Origin: an uncultured Acidobacteriota bacterium
GTDB taxonomy: Bacteria; Acidobacteriota; Vicinamibacteria; Vicinamibacterales; CAVPJW01
DNA length: 64,000 nucleotides
NCBI GenBank assembly: GCA_963826865.1
Contig: CAWGYQ010000007.1
Coordinates: 8,605-72,604 of the forward strand
Direction of reading: 5' to 3'
Shown here: piece after piece, positions 40,882-50,779 of the stretch
Numbering within the stretch: position 1 is the stretch's first letter
Layout of the letters: each line of letters starts with the position of its first letter
The notes under the pieces: generated by a model
Database searches by the model: none
Told to the model about the DNA's origin: nothing
What the model saw: only the letters and a program-made list of their open reading frames with translations
Translations under genes and position numbers: made by a program

Positions 40882-42234
40882 GTGACGACCCGAATTCTCG
40901 TCTGCCGTGTCTTGGCGGGTGCCGCCGTTGTCGTGGGCGTCAGTCAGAACGCGTCCGCGCAGCAGCAGGCGCCGCCTCCGCCGCAGTCTCCGGAGCGCGC
41001 ACCGCAACGCCCGTACGACGGCGTGTTCGGGCCTCGCCCCGGGGCTGGTCCACATGCGCCGGGTGAGCGTCATACGCTCGATCTCATGATGAACGTGACC
41101 GAAGGGTACGACGACAACGTGCTGGCCGACCAACAGGGAGTCGGCGGGGGCTCACCGTCGCCACTGCATCAGGTCGGCGGGTTCTTTACGTCGGCCAGCG
41201 CTTCGCTCAACTATGCGCGGCCAGGCGAGCGGGTGGGGTTCGGCGCGAGCGGGGGGGCGACGTATCGCTACTACCGGGGGTTCGAACGTCTTACGGGGCC
41301 GAGTTACTACGGAGGTGCCGGGATCTCGACGACGTTCCGCAACACGGCCTTCACGCTGAACCAGAGCGCTACCTATTCGCCCTTGTACTATTTCGGGGTG
41401 GTCCCCGTTCTCGGCACGCCGCCCCCGGGTCAGGTCCCACTTCCCAGCCCCGATTCGGCGGTCGGGCAGCTCGAGGCCGTGACGCTGAACACCGGCGTGG
41501 GTGCAAATACGGAGCTCTCGCGTCGCTCGTCGCTCTATTTTGAATACGATTTTCAGAGCGAGGTGTTTTCGGGCGACGTCTCGACGGTGCGGTCACAACA
41601 TGCCAGCGCCGGGTACCGGCGCGCGCTGACGCGGAACACCGGATTGCGAATAGGCTACGGATACCGGGAAGGCCGGTATAGCCTCGTCGAGTCGGGTGTG
41701 GAGCCAATCCGGCAGCACGACCTGGACGTCGGCGTGGACTATGGGCGCTCGCTGTCGCTGACGCGCCAAGTCACGTTTAGATTCAGCACGGGTTCGGCCA
41801 TCGTCCAGACCCAGTCGGACACGCAGTATCGGGTCGTGGGGAACGCGTCGCTGAACGCCGCGTTCAAGCGCACCTGGAATGCGAACTTGACCTACGACCG
41901 CGGAATTCAGTTCGTAGGCGGTTTCGAAGAGCCGTTCTTTTCGGACTCCTTGATTGCGTCCGTTGGAGGGTTGTTGTCGCCACGCCTGTCTTACCGCGGA
42001 GCCGTCAGCGGTTCACTCGGATCGGTGGGCCTGGACGGAAGCTCGGCGTACGATACCGCCGTCGTGTCGAACCGCCTCCAGTACACGTTGACCCGCTACG
42101 CGGCCTTGGACGCAGAGCACGTCTACTATCAGTATGACTTCGATGACACGATAGCGCTGCCTACGAGCATGCCCCAGAACCTGGGCCGCCAGGGCGCTCG
42201 CGTGGGACTGTCGGTCTGGCTTCCGGTCTTTTAG
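40882..42234 (+). CDS. EPS-locus outer-membrane beta-barrel protein
   Basis: Signal peptide, GYDDNV, Tyr/Gly-rich amphipathic strands, C-terminal Phe; sits between the export and chain-length genes. Confidence 0.75.
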   Translation: MTTRILVCRVLAGAAVVVGVSQNASAQQQAPPPPQSPERAPQRPYDGVFGPRPGAGPHAPGERHTLDLMMNVTEGYDDNVLADQQGVGGGSPSPLHQVGGFFTSASASLNYARPGERVGFGASGGATYRYYRGFERLTGPSYYGGAGISTTFRNTAFTLNQSATYSPLYYFGVVPVLGTPPPGQVPLPSPDSAVGQLEAVTLNTGVGANTELSRRSSLYFEYDFQSEVFSGDVSTVRSQHASAGYRRALTRNTGLRIGYGYREGRYSLVESGVEPIRQHDLDVGVDYGRSLSLTRQVTFRFSTGSAIVQTQSDTQYRVVGNASLNAAFKRTWNANLTYDRGIQFVGGFEEPFFSDSLIASVGGLLSPRLSYRGAVSGSLGSVGLDGSSAYDTAVVSNRLQYTLTRYAALDAEHVYYQYDFDDTIALPTSMPQNLGRQGARVGLSVWLPVF

Positions 42235-42245
42235 TGAGGTGAGTC

Positions 42246-43832
42246 GTGTTACCAGGCAAGAATTACACCGCGGCTGATATCACGCGGGTTCTCCGGCGCA
42301 GATGGAAGTTTCTGGCCCTGGTGTGGGCGCTGGCCGCGGCGGCGACGCTGTTGATCACAGACAGACTGCCGGACTGGTATCGCTCGGAAACGCTGATCCT
42401 GGTCGTTCCCCAGCGGGTTCCCGAATCCTATGTGCGATCCACCGTGACCACACGGATCGAGGATCGCTTGCAGTCGATCAGCCAGCAGATCTTGAGCCGG
42501 ACCAGACTGGAGCGTGTGATTCAGGACTTCGACCTCTATCAGCGCGAGCGCACGCTCAAGCCCATGGAGGATGTCGTCGAGCAGATGCGCAAGGACATTG
42601 ACGTGCAGATCGTGAAGGGCGATGCCTTCCAGATCAGCTATGTGTCCAAGGAACCGAGGACCGCGATGCGCGTCGCGGAGCGGCTCGCGTCCCTGTTCAT
42701 CGAAGAGAACCTCCGCGATCGGGAGGTGCTCGCACAGGGCACCAGCGAGTTTCTCGATTCCCAGCTGGCCGACGCGCGCCGCCGGTTGATCGAGCACGAG
42801 AAGAAGCTCGAGGCTTACCGTCGCCAATTCAGCGGGGAGCTCCCCACGCAGGTGACGGCGAATCTGGCGGCGCAGCAGAATGTCCAGGTGCAGCTTCAGA
42901 CACTCACCGAAGCGCTCGACCACGATCGCGAGCGGCGGCTGGTACTCGAGCGGGCGCTCGCCGAAGCGAGCCTGGCGGTGCCTCCCAGAACCGTTCCAAC
43001 TCCGACGGATGACGGCCGCACGGCCGGTGGGGTAGCGCCACTTGCAGGCGGGACGGCGGCCCAGCAGCTCGCCGAGGCGAACCGGTTCTTGCGGGCGTTG
43101 GAGCTCCGCCTCAAGCCGGAGCACCCCGACATCATCCAGACGAAACGGACGATTCGTGAGCTGCAGAAAAAAGCCGATGCCGAGGCGCTCGAACGTCCAA
43201 TCTCCCCCGAGCTGGCTTCCGATTCGGCCACGGTCGATCCCGAAGAAGCGCAGCGCCGCCGCCGCATCAGCGAGCTTCGCAGCGAGCTGCGTAGCGTCGA
43301 AGCCCAGATGGCGGACCGTCAGGCCGAGGAGAAGCGACTGCGTGCCCAGAATACGGTGTATCAGGCCCGGCTCGAGGCGACGCCCACACGGGAGTCCGAA
43401 TTGATCGAGCTCACGCGCGACTACGAAACGCTGCAGGGGGCTTACACGAGCCTGTTGGCGAAGAAGGAAGATGCGCAGGTGTCGGCCAATCTCGAACGCC
43501 GCCAGATCGGCGAGCAGTTCAAGGTTCTCGATCCGGCACGCCTGCCGGAACGGCCTTTCAGTCCGAAGCGCTTGCAGTTGAACCTTTTCGGTCTGCTGTT
43601 CGGCCTCGGTCTCGGAGTCGGGCTCGTCGCCCTGATGGAGGTGCGAGATTCGACGCTCAAGACTGACGAGGACGTCGTGACCACGCTGAATCTGCCCGTC
43701 CTGGCCACGATTCCCACGATGCTGACGACAATCGAGCGGAAGCGCCAGCGCCGTCGGCGGATGTTGATTTCGGCAACGACCACAGCCACGATCATCGTGG
43801 CGGCGATTGTATTCTGGTCGCTGAAGTCCTGA
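42246..43832 (+). CDS. Polysaccharide chain-length determinant / co-polymerase (Wzc N-terminal-like)
   Basis: Two TMs flanking coiled coils; HPD; DPARLPERP.SP. Confidence 0.88.
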   Translation: MLPGKNYTAADITRVLRRRWKFLALVWALAAAATLLITDRLPDWYRSETLILVVPQRVPESYVRSTVTTRIEDRLQSISQQILSRTRLERVIQDFDLYQRERTLKPMEDVVEQMRKDIDVQIVKGDAFQISYVSKEPRTAMRVAERLASLFIEENLRDREVLAQGTSEFLDSQLADARRRLIEHEKKLEAYRRQFSGELPTQVTANLAAQQNVQVQLQTLTEALDHDRERRLVLERALAEASLAVPPRTVPTPTDDGRTAGGVAPLAGGTAAQQLAEANRFLRALELRLKPEHPDIIQTKRTIRELQKKADAEALERPISPELASDSATVDPEEAQRRRRISELRSELRSVEAQMADRQAEEKRLRAQNTVYQARLEATPTRESELIELTRDYETLQGAYTSLLAKKEDAQVSANLERRQIGEQFKVLDPARLPERPFSPKRLQLNLFGLLFGLGLGVGLVALMEVRDSTLKTDEDVVTTLNLPVLATIPTMLTTIERKRQRRRRMLISATTTATIIVAAIVFWSLKS

Positions 43833-43846
43833 TTGCTGGTGGAGTG

Positions 43847-44827
43847 ATGTACGCACGGTTCTTTGGTCTCAACGAGTCGCCGTTCGAGCTCACCTCGAAC
43901 CTTCGCTACCTGTTCCTGACGCCCAAGCATCGGGCGGTGTTGAGCACCCTTCAGTACGGGATCAGCTCACGGAAAGGCACGACGCTGCTCGTCGGCGAGG
44001 CCGGCACGGGAAAGACGACGCTGATCCGGGCGGCTCTGGCCGCGCAGCGCGACGAATCAGCCAGTTGCATCTATGTCAGCAATCCGACGTTGACCCGCGA
44101 GGAGTTCTTCGAGTTTCTCGCGCGTGGGTTCTCGCTGGGACCGTTGGCGGCGCAATCTAAAACCGTCTTTCTGGCCGAGCTCGAGCGTGCCCTGCGACGG
44201 CAGGTCGACGAGGGCCGTGTGACCGCTCTCGTGATCGACGAGGCGCAGAGCCTCTCGTACGAGCTGCTCGAAGAGGTTCGCCTTCTGGCGAACATGGAGA
44301 CCGATTCGGGAAAGCTGCTGCCGGTCGTGCTGGCGGGACAGCCCGAACTGGCCGATCGGTTGAACGAGCCGTCACTCCGGCAGCTGAAACAGCGCATTGC
44401 CCTTCGATGCGACCTGCGGCCCCTGGACCTGCGCGAAACGGCCGCGTATATCGCGGCGCGACTGCGATCGGCGGGTGGTGACGGACGCGACGTGTTTACC
44501 CGCGAGGCTGTCGTCGCGATTCACGAGCAGTCACGGGGCATTCCGCGAACCATCAGCGTGATCGGCGACAACGCGCTCATCAACGGATTCGCCGTCGGCC
44601 GCCGGCCTGTGGGTCACGATCTGGTCATGGAAGCGTGCCGCGATCTTGATTTCAACCAGGACCCGGCTCCCGCGCTCGCCGACCCGATCACCGACGCGCC
44701 GGAGCGAGTGGCCGTGCCGACCGCGATCCCGGCGAGACCCCGGGACGAGGCGAGTGTTCGGAAGACACCGGAGCTGCCCTCGCTCTTCAGTCAAGTCAAC
44801 AAGCGCCGGCGTTTCTCATTTTTCTGA
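43847..44827 (+). CDS. ExeA-like AAA ATPase (PEP-CTERM-locus type)
   Basis: YARFFGLNESPF, GEAGTGKT, IDEAQ, LAGQPEL, SRGIPR. Confidence 0.9.
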   Translation: MYARFFGLNESPFELTSNLRYLFLTPKHRAVLSTLQYGISSRKGTTLLVGEAGTGKTTLIRAALAAQRDESASCIYVSNPTLTREEFFEFLARGFSLGPLAAQSKTVFLAELERALRRQVDEGRVTALVIDEAQSLSYELLEEVRLLANMETDSGKLLPVVLAGQPELADRLNEPSLRQLKQRIALRCDLRPLDLRETAAYIAARLRSAGGDGRDVFTREAVVAIHEQSRGIPRTISVIGDNALINGFAVGRRPVGHDLVMEACRDLDFNQDPAPALADPITDAPERVAVPTAIPARPRDEASVRKTPELPSLFSQVNKRRRFSFF

Positions 44828-44864
44828 TCATGAGCACGACTCTCGTGAGGCCGTTGAGGAGTAG

Positions 44865-45809
44865 ATGTCTCGCATAGAAGAAGCACTGAAGAAGTCTGGC
44901 GCAACGCTGAAGCTGCCCAGTGAAGCGCCGCGGCAGGCCCCCATCGATCTGGAACAGTTCCCGGCCGGACGTTCGGAGCCCGTCCCCGCGCCCCCGCTGG
45001 TCGATGGTCTGGGAATCTACGCGCCCGAGCGCGAAGCGCCTGAGGAACCGGTTCACTCCGTGCCGCCTCTGACGACGCCGATGTTTCCTGAGGTCGCGAC
45101 GACCATGGCGACCTTCAGCGACGCATACGGTGAGCGGCTCGTCATCTCGACGGCGACGCCTGCCGCACCGGTCGAACAGTACCGCCGGCTGGCGGCGACC
45201 CTCCATCAAGCGCAGATCGATCACGGTATCAAGACGGTCATGGTGGCCAGTGCGCTCGCAGGCGAAGGCAAGACCTTGACGGCGACGAATCTGGCGCTGA
45301 CGCTGAGCGAATCCTATCGACGCCGGGTGCTGTTGATCGATGCCGATCTGCGCCGCCCGATGATCCACGAGGTCTTCAAGGTCCCAAACGTCTCTGGCTT
45401 GTCGGAGGGAATCAACGCGTCACGGGATCAGAAGCTGTCACTGGTCGAGCTCTCTCCCCATCTCTCGGTGCTCACCGCAGGGCGACCCGAGGTGGATCCG
45501 ATGAGCAGCCTGACGTCCGAACGCATGCGGCGGCTGCTCCAGGAGGCCTCGGAACGATTCGAGTGGGTCGTCCTCGACACCCCGCCGGTGGGGTTGTTGT
45601 CGGATGCCACGCTTCTTGCGGACATGGTGGATGTATCCATTCTCGTGATTGCCGCCGGCGTGGCTCCGTTTGAAGCGGTCAGCAAAGCCGTGGCTGCCCT
45701 CGGACGAGACAAGATCATCGGCGTGGTGCTCAACAGGGTGGAGCAGCGCCGGCTCTCGAACGGAGAGTACTACCACCGTTATTACTCGAACGACGCCGCG
45801 CGCCGGTAG
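44865..45809 (+). CDS. CpsD/CapB family tyrosine autokinase
   Basis: GEGKT, LIDADLRRP, LDTPP, C-terminal Tyr cluster EYYHRYY. Confidence 0.92.
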   Translation: MSRIEEALKKSGATLKLPSEAPRQAPIDLEQFPAGRSEPVPAPPLVDGLGIYAPEREAPEEPVHSVPPLTTPMFPEVATTMATFSDAYGERLVISTATPAAPVEQYRRLAATLHQAQIDHGIKTVMVASALAGEGKTLTATNLALTLSESYRRRVLLIDADLRRPMIHEVFKVPNVSGLSEGINASRDQKLSLVELSPHLSVLTAGRPEVDPMSSLTSERMRRLLQEASERFEWVVLDTPPVGLLSDATLLADMVDVSILVIAAGVAPFEAVSKAVAALGRDKIIGVVLNRVEQRRLSNGEYYHRYYSNDAARR

Positions 45810-45838
45810 ACCGCCACGCGGCAAGGGAGACATGTGGG

Positions 45839-47221
45839 ATGGGTTCAGGCGTCACGATCCGCTCGGTCGCGCTGATCGCATTCGAGACCCTGCTCATCGT
45901 GGCCGCCGTCTTTGTCAGCGCCTGGATTCGGCTCGGGCGTGGCGCCTGGAGTCTGTTCACGTTCGAAGGCTCTCTCAAAGTCTTCCTGATTGCGGTCGTC
46001 TGCCAGCTCTGTCTCTACCTGGGCGATCTGTACGACCTGCGAAGCATCAAGGATCGCCGCGATCTGTTCGTTCGCGCGGTCCGCGCCCTCGCGCTGACAT
46101 CGTTCGTGCTGGCAGGCGTCTACTACTGGCTGCCGAGCCTCATGATCGGGCGCGGCGTGTTCGTGCTTGCCTCGTTCCTCGTCATCACGGCGGTCACCGG
46201 ATGGCGTCTCGCGTTCGAATGGCTGAGCCGCAGCCTGGGTCCGAGAGAACGGCTCCTTCTCGTGGGCGTCAACGCCGCCGCCATCGGCCTGGTTCGTGAG
46301 CTGTTCGATCGCAGACACGACCTGGGCGTGGAAATCGTCGGGTTCGTGGACGCGGATCCGGCCCGAGTCGGATCGCCGGTGCTGAATCCGGGAGTGATTG
46401 GCACGATCGACGAGATTCCCGCGATCGTTCGTGCCCGTTCGGTGGATCGCGTCGTGGTGAGTCTGGCGGATGCCAGGGGCAAGCTGCCCATGGACAAGCT
46501 GCTGGAGATGAGGCTCGATGGCGTGAGGTTCGATCATCTGGCCTCGGTCTACGAGGAGTACACGGGCAAGATCGCCGTCGAAAACCTTCGTCCGAGCTGG
46601 CTGATCTTCTCGACCGGGTTTCGAAAGACCGCGGCCCTTCGTGGCCTGAAGCGCGCATTCGATCTGACGGTGGCGAGCGTGGGAGTGGTGCTGGCCCTGC
46701 CCGTGATGGGCCTGATAGCCGTCGCATTGAAGCTCTCGTCGCGCGGACCCGTGTTCTACCACCAAGAGCGGGTCGGGCTCCAAGGCCGCAAGTTCACGGT
46801 CCACAAGTTTCGATCGATGAGACCGGACGCCGAAGCGGTCACCGGCGCGGTCTGGGCGAGCAAGGCCGGCGACGATCGGGTGACACCGATTGGAGGATTC
46901 CTCAGACGGGCCCGCCTCGACGAGCTCCCGCAACTCTGGAACGTTCTGAAAGGCGATATGAGCATGGTGGGCCCGCGACCCGAACGCCCGGAGTTCATCC
47001 AGCGGCTGAGCAGCGTCATTCCGTTCTACGGCCAGCGACATGTCGTGCGCCCGGGGCTCACGGGCTGGGCGCAAGTCCAGTACACCTACGGCGCCAGCGT
47101 CGAAGACGCCTTCGAGAAGCTTCAGTATGACCTCTACTACGTCAAGAACATGTCGATCGCGCTGGATTTGTTCATCCTGTTCTCGACGATCAAGACCGTT
47201 CTTCTGAGCCGCGGGGCCTAG
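45839..47221 (+). CDS. Priming polyprenyl glycosylphosphotransferase (sugar transferase)
   Basis: [46 protein letters not shown]. Confidence 0.95.
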   Translation: MGSGVTIRSVALIAFETLLIVAAVFVSAWIRLGRGAWSLFTFEGSLKVFLIAVVCQLCLYLGDLYDLRSIKDRRDLFVRAVRALALTSFVLAGVYYWLPSLMIGRGVFVLASFLVITAVTGWRLAFEWLSRSLGPRERLLLVGVNAAAIGLVRELFDRRHDLGVEIVGFVDADPARVGSPVLNPGVIGTIDEIPAIVRARSVDRVVVSLADARGKLPMDKLLEMRLDGVRFDHLASVYEEYTGKIAVENLRPSWLIFSTGFRKTAALRGLKRAFDLTVASVGVVLALPVMGLIAVALKLSSRGPVFYHQERVGLQGRKFTVHKFRSMRPDAEAVTGAVWASKAGDDRVTPIGGFLRRARLDELPQLWNVLKGDMSMVGPRPERPEFIQRLSSVIPFYGQRHVVRPGLTGWAQVQYTYGASVEDAFEKLQYDLYYVKNMSIALDLFILFSTIKTVLLSRGA

Positions 47222-47222
47222 C

Positions 47223-48260
47223 GTGACGCGACCTCACGAGCTCGAGGTGTCGAGTCGCTGGACCGAAGAGGAGTGGGACGAGTTCGTGAACCAGAGCCCC
47301 GACGCCTCCGGCTATCACGATCACCGGTGGAGGCGCGTATTCGAAAATGCATTCGGCCACGAGACCGACTACCTCGTGGCCCGCGCTGAAGCACAGATTG
47401 TGGGCGTCTTGCCGCTCGTCATCATGCGGAGCTGGCTGTTTGGCCGCTTTATGGTGTCGTTGCCCTTCGTCAACTACGGCGGCGCGCTGGGCGACGCCCC
47501 TGCCGTGCGCGCGCTCGTCGAGACGGCGGTGGAGCGATGTCGCGCGCGGCGGTTGACGTACCTCGAACTCAGACACGTGTCGCGGCGATTTCCGGAATAC
47601 CCGGTGAGGCAGCACAAGGTCGCGATGCTGCTGGCCCTCGAGTCGAATGAGACGTCCATGTGGAAGCGGCTCGATCACAAGGTGCGAAACCAGGTTCGCA
47701 AGGCGGAGAAGAGCGGCCTGCGCGCGGAGGCGGGCGGTGCGGAGCTCGTCTCAGATTTCTATGAGGTCTTCGCCGAAAACATGCGCGACCTGGGCACGCC
47801 AGTCTATTCGCGGCGTTTCTTCGAGCAGATGCACGCGCAGTTTCCGGGCAGCGTCGAGACGGTGCTGGTGCGACTGGGAGACAAGGCCGTGGCAGGAGCC
47901 ATCAGCTATTCACATCATGAGCGGCTCGAGGTTCCCTGGGCCTGCTCGCTGAGGTCCCATCGCGCGATGTGCCCCAACATGCTGCTGTACTGGACGCTGA
48001 TGACACGCGCCATCGCCGCGGGCAAGACGACTCTTGATTTTGGCCGCTCAACACCTGAAGAAGGCACCTACCACTTCAAGCGGCAGTGGGGCGCCGTGCC
48101 GCAGAGTCTGTCCTGGGAGTACCCGTATCTGGCCGGCCGCCAGCTTCCCGATCAAAGCCCGAAGAACCCGAAGTTCAGGACCGGCATCGAGCTCTGGAGG
48201 CGGCTGCCCGTGCCGGTCGCGACGCTTCTTGGCCCTTCCATCGTCCGAGGCATTCCCTAA
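47223..48260 (+). CDS. FemAB-related GNAT protein (XrtA/PEP-CTERM-locus type)
   Basis: SLPFVNYGG, RNQVRKA, MRDLGTP, DFGRS, FKRQWG. Confidence 0.88.
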   Translation: MTRPHELEVSSRWTEEEWDEFVNQSPDASGYHDHRWRRVFENAFGHETDYLVARAEAQIVGVLPLVIMRSWLFGRFMVSLPFVNYGGALGDAPAVRALVETAVERCRARRLTYLELRHVSRRFPEYPVRQHKVAMLLALESNETSMWKRLDHKVRNQVRKAEKSGLRAEAGGAELVSDFYEVFAENMRDLGTPVYSRRFFEQMHAQFPGSVETVLVRLGDKAVAGAISYSHHERLEVPWACSLRSHRAMCPNMLLYWTLMTRAIAAGKTTLDFGRSTPEEGTYHFKRQWGAVPQSLSWEYPYLAGRQLPDQSPKNPKFRTGIELWRRLPVPVATLLGPSIVRGIP

Positions 48261-48271
48261 GCGAGCCCGAT

Positions 48272-50620
48272 CTACTTCGTCAGGATGACGTTGCTCGGCG
48301 GCGACGGAGGTCTCGGTGGAGCCGAGCCGGAAATCCCGCAGGTAAAGCCATCGATGCCCGCCCTCGCCGTGGAGCAGGGCGCCACGCCGCCGGCAATCGC
48401 AATCCCATACGTGAGCCAGTTCTGTTGATTGGTCAGGCCGGCGACCGGTGAGCCAAGCAGCTTGGGGGTGTTGTCGGAGTTCAGGATTGTCCGTGGAACG
48501 ATGAAGCCTGGCGCCTGCGCGGCGTAGTACACCCGGAAGTTATCGCCAGCTTGACGATTGTAGTTGTAAACCCGCAGCTCGTCGAGCGTGATGAGATCGC
48601 GCGTGGGGGTGGTACTGCACAACCGGACAATCGCATGCGCCCCGCTGACGGCAGCGGGGGTGACAAACGTGGTGTCGGTGACGATGACCTGGCGGGGCTG
48701 GATGCCGTTGGTGGTGTGAGAGCTCGTGAACATGGTTCCCATGGCCAGATTCGTTCGGTTTCGCAGGTAGCTGTTTTCGATGCGTTGTGGCACCTTGGAA
48801 AGGCCGCTGGCGGTCGAGATACTGATGCCGGTACTCATCCCCTGAATGTTGGCGTTCCTGATGACGAACCGATCCGCATCGTAGTCACCCCCGTCGTAGC
48901 CCGTTGCGCAACAGGTCGTGTCGTGCAGCACGCCCCGCACCACCAAGCCGTCGAGGACGACCTGCGAACTCGGATACTGGACCACTGCCTTGTTGTGGAC
49001 ATGCCATACGCGAAGATCTTTGAAGATCGAAGGATCGGTCGCCGCCGGCGTCCGCCAGACGCTCCCTACCCACCAGTACACTAGCCCTCGAGGCGTCGCG
49101 CCGTAGACTTCGTTGCGCGCGAACTCGCGGACTGGGATCTCATGGCCGCTCCGCACGGTGTACTGCCCCGACACGGTCGTATCCGCCCCTGGAAAGTTCG
49201 GGATGCGGATGTTGCCCAGATACTCGAGGAAGTACTTGTAGCCGTACGATTCCTGGTGTGTGAGCGTTGTGGCGACGTTGTCACGGACATAGTTGTTCGG
49301 CCCGCGGAAGTAAAAGCCGATGCCTTCGCGCCCGCCCGCGTTGCGACCTCCGCTGCCAAACGCCCGCACACCGAAATTGCGCTCGATGACGTTGTAGCTC
49401 TCGGAACCGTCCTCGGCCATGAGCAACGCGCCGCCGATGTTGTACAGGACATTGTCACTCACGAGCCCGTAATGGGTGTTGTGGATGGCGATGCCCCACT
49501 TCGTGCCACCGTCGATCGCGTTCCCCCTGAGCACGTACTGATATCCGCTCGACGGCGCAGCCGAGGGTCCCATCAGGTGGTGGAGGTGCAACGAATACCG
49601 TCCAGTCTGATTGGTCCCGATGTGCGTCGGGTGCCCGCCCGAATCGAACGTCGTGTCGTCGAGCGGCGCCACGGTGGTCCGGCCGAGGTCCTTGAACAAG
49701 GCGTAACGGACATCGACGTCTGCCCGTCCACTGAAGATGACGTGCCCGCGCGTCCCGGTCGGGCTTTGGGAGCGGATGATGACGTTGCGCGTCAGGTTGC
49801 CGATGTGAGGCAGGAATTCGAGAACGCCGTCGCCGTTTCTGGCACCGGGATGGTTGAATCGCAAGGCGCTCGTCAGGTTGAGTTGGGCGCCGCTGGCGGA
49901 ACCGAGCGTGAGCTCCTCGCCCTGGAGGGAGAACCTCGAATCGACCTCGTTGAACTTCAGATGTCGGCTATCGGGTATGACCAGGCGGTCTCCGGCCGCC
50001 CACCCCGCCAGCGTCTGCGTGGCCGTCAGCGCCGCGGTGCCGGCCATCGGCTCGCGGGTCAGGCGATCGAAGGTCGGCGACTTGACGGCGCCGTGAATTC
50101 TGACACGACCGAACGCAATGAACCCGGTGCCGTACTGCTCCGGGTCGGTGCTGGTGTTCAGGGGTCGGTCGGCAATCACGAGTTCCGCCGTCACTCCCGC
50201 GGCCACCGGTGATGCCTGTGTACCCATTTCGATCGAGCCGCTTGGCAAAACTTCCAGCGTGCCAACCGTCAAACGCGTGTTGATGTCGGTCCGGAATCGC
50301 AAGGCTCCATGGACGTCGACACACGCCAGCGCCGCATTGCTCACGACGTCGTAGGTGACCGTCGTGCCATTGCCGATCGACACACCCTCGCCGGCGACGG
50401 GTACCCGGCCGGCGGACCAGGTTGCCGGACTGGACCAGGCGCCGCTGCCGACGCTTCTGACGGTGGCGGCCTCGCAGAAGTCTGGTATGTTATGAGGTAA
50501 CCCGCTCGCACCAGCATGATGACCCTGCGCGCCTGCGAGGCCGGGAGATGCGAGCAACGCCACCCACGCCGAGGCGAGGTACGGGAGGGCGGCCCGCTTC
50601 GGACAATATGCAATGGTCAT
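48272..50620 (-). CDS. Secreted G8-domain protein with parallel beta-helix region
   Basis: Signal peptide; SGAWSSPATWSAGRVP G8-like start; GNLTRNVII, RGH, GRYSLHLH, EDGSE..N motifs of fibrocystin/CEMIP-like proteins. Confidence 0.75.
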   Translation of the reverse strand: MTIAYCPKRAALPYLASAWVALLASPGLAGAQGHHAGASGLPHNIPDFCEAATVRSVGSGAWSSPATWSAGRVPVAGEGVSIGNGTTVTYDVVSNAALACVDVHGALRFRTDINTRLTVGTLEVLPSGSIEMGTQASPVAAGVTAELVIADRPLNTSTDPEQYGTGFIAFGRVRIHGAVKSPTFDRLTREPMAGTAALTATQTLAGWAAGDRLVIPDSRHLKFNEVDSRFSLQGEELTLGSASGAQLNLTSALRFNHPGARNGDGVLEFLPHIGNLTRNVIIRSQSPTGTRGHVIFSGRADVDVRYALFKDLGRTTVAPLDDTTFDSGGHPTHIGTNQTGRYSLHLHHLMGPSAAPSSGYQYVLRGNAIDGGTKWGIAIHNTHYGLVSDNVLYNIGGALLMAEDGSESYNVIERNFGVRAFGSGGRNAGGREGIGFYFRGPNNYVRDNVATTLTHQESYGYKYFLEYLGNIRIPNFPGADTTVSGQYTVRSGHEIPVREFARNEVYGATPRGLVYWWVGSVWRTPAATDPSIFKDLRVWHVHNKAVVQYPSSQVVLDGLVVRGVLHDTTCCATGYDGGDYDADRFVIRNANIQGMSTGISISTASGLSKVPQRIENSYLRNRTNLAMGTMFTSSHTTNGIQPRQVIVTDTTFVTPAAVSGAHAIVRLCSTTPTRDLITLDELRVYNYNRQAGDNFRVYYAAQAPGFIVPRTILNSDNTPKLLGSPVAGLTNQQNWLTYGIAIAGGVAPCSTARAGIDGFTCGISGSAPPRPPSPPSNVILTK

Positions 50621-50666
50621 GGTCAGTCTCGGGACGCGAAGCAGAGAGCGCTGCGCGACGGTCCGC

Positions 50667-50682
50667 TGCAACAGCTGTGCCT
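50667..50682 (-). promoter_or_regulatory. Sigma-54 -24/-12 promoter for the G8 gene
   Basis: AGGCACAGCTGTTGCA, close to the consensus TGGCAC-N5-TTGCA, about 47 nt before the ATG. Confidence 0.7.
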
Positions 50683-50779
50683 CTCGAGCGCCGATAGATT
50701 CGTGTGAACAGGGCGCGATCGGTCGCGTGCGACCGTCCAAATCGTAATTAGGATTACAGTATTCCGGGAACGTTACACG

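Noticed and set aside
42249-43856. Long antisense ORFs (also 31399..32871, 21950..23212, 45845..47074, 57089..58384)
   Set aside because: These are shadow ORFs of well-supported genes in high-GC DNA with no recognisable motifs.
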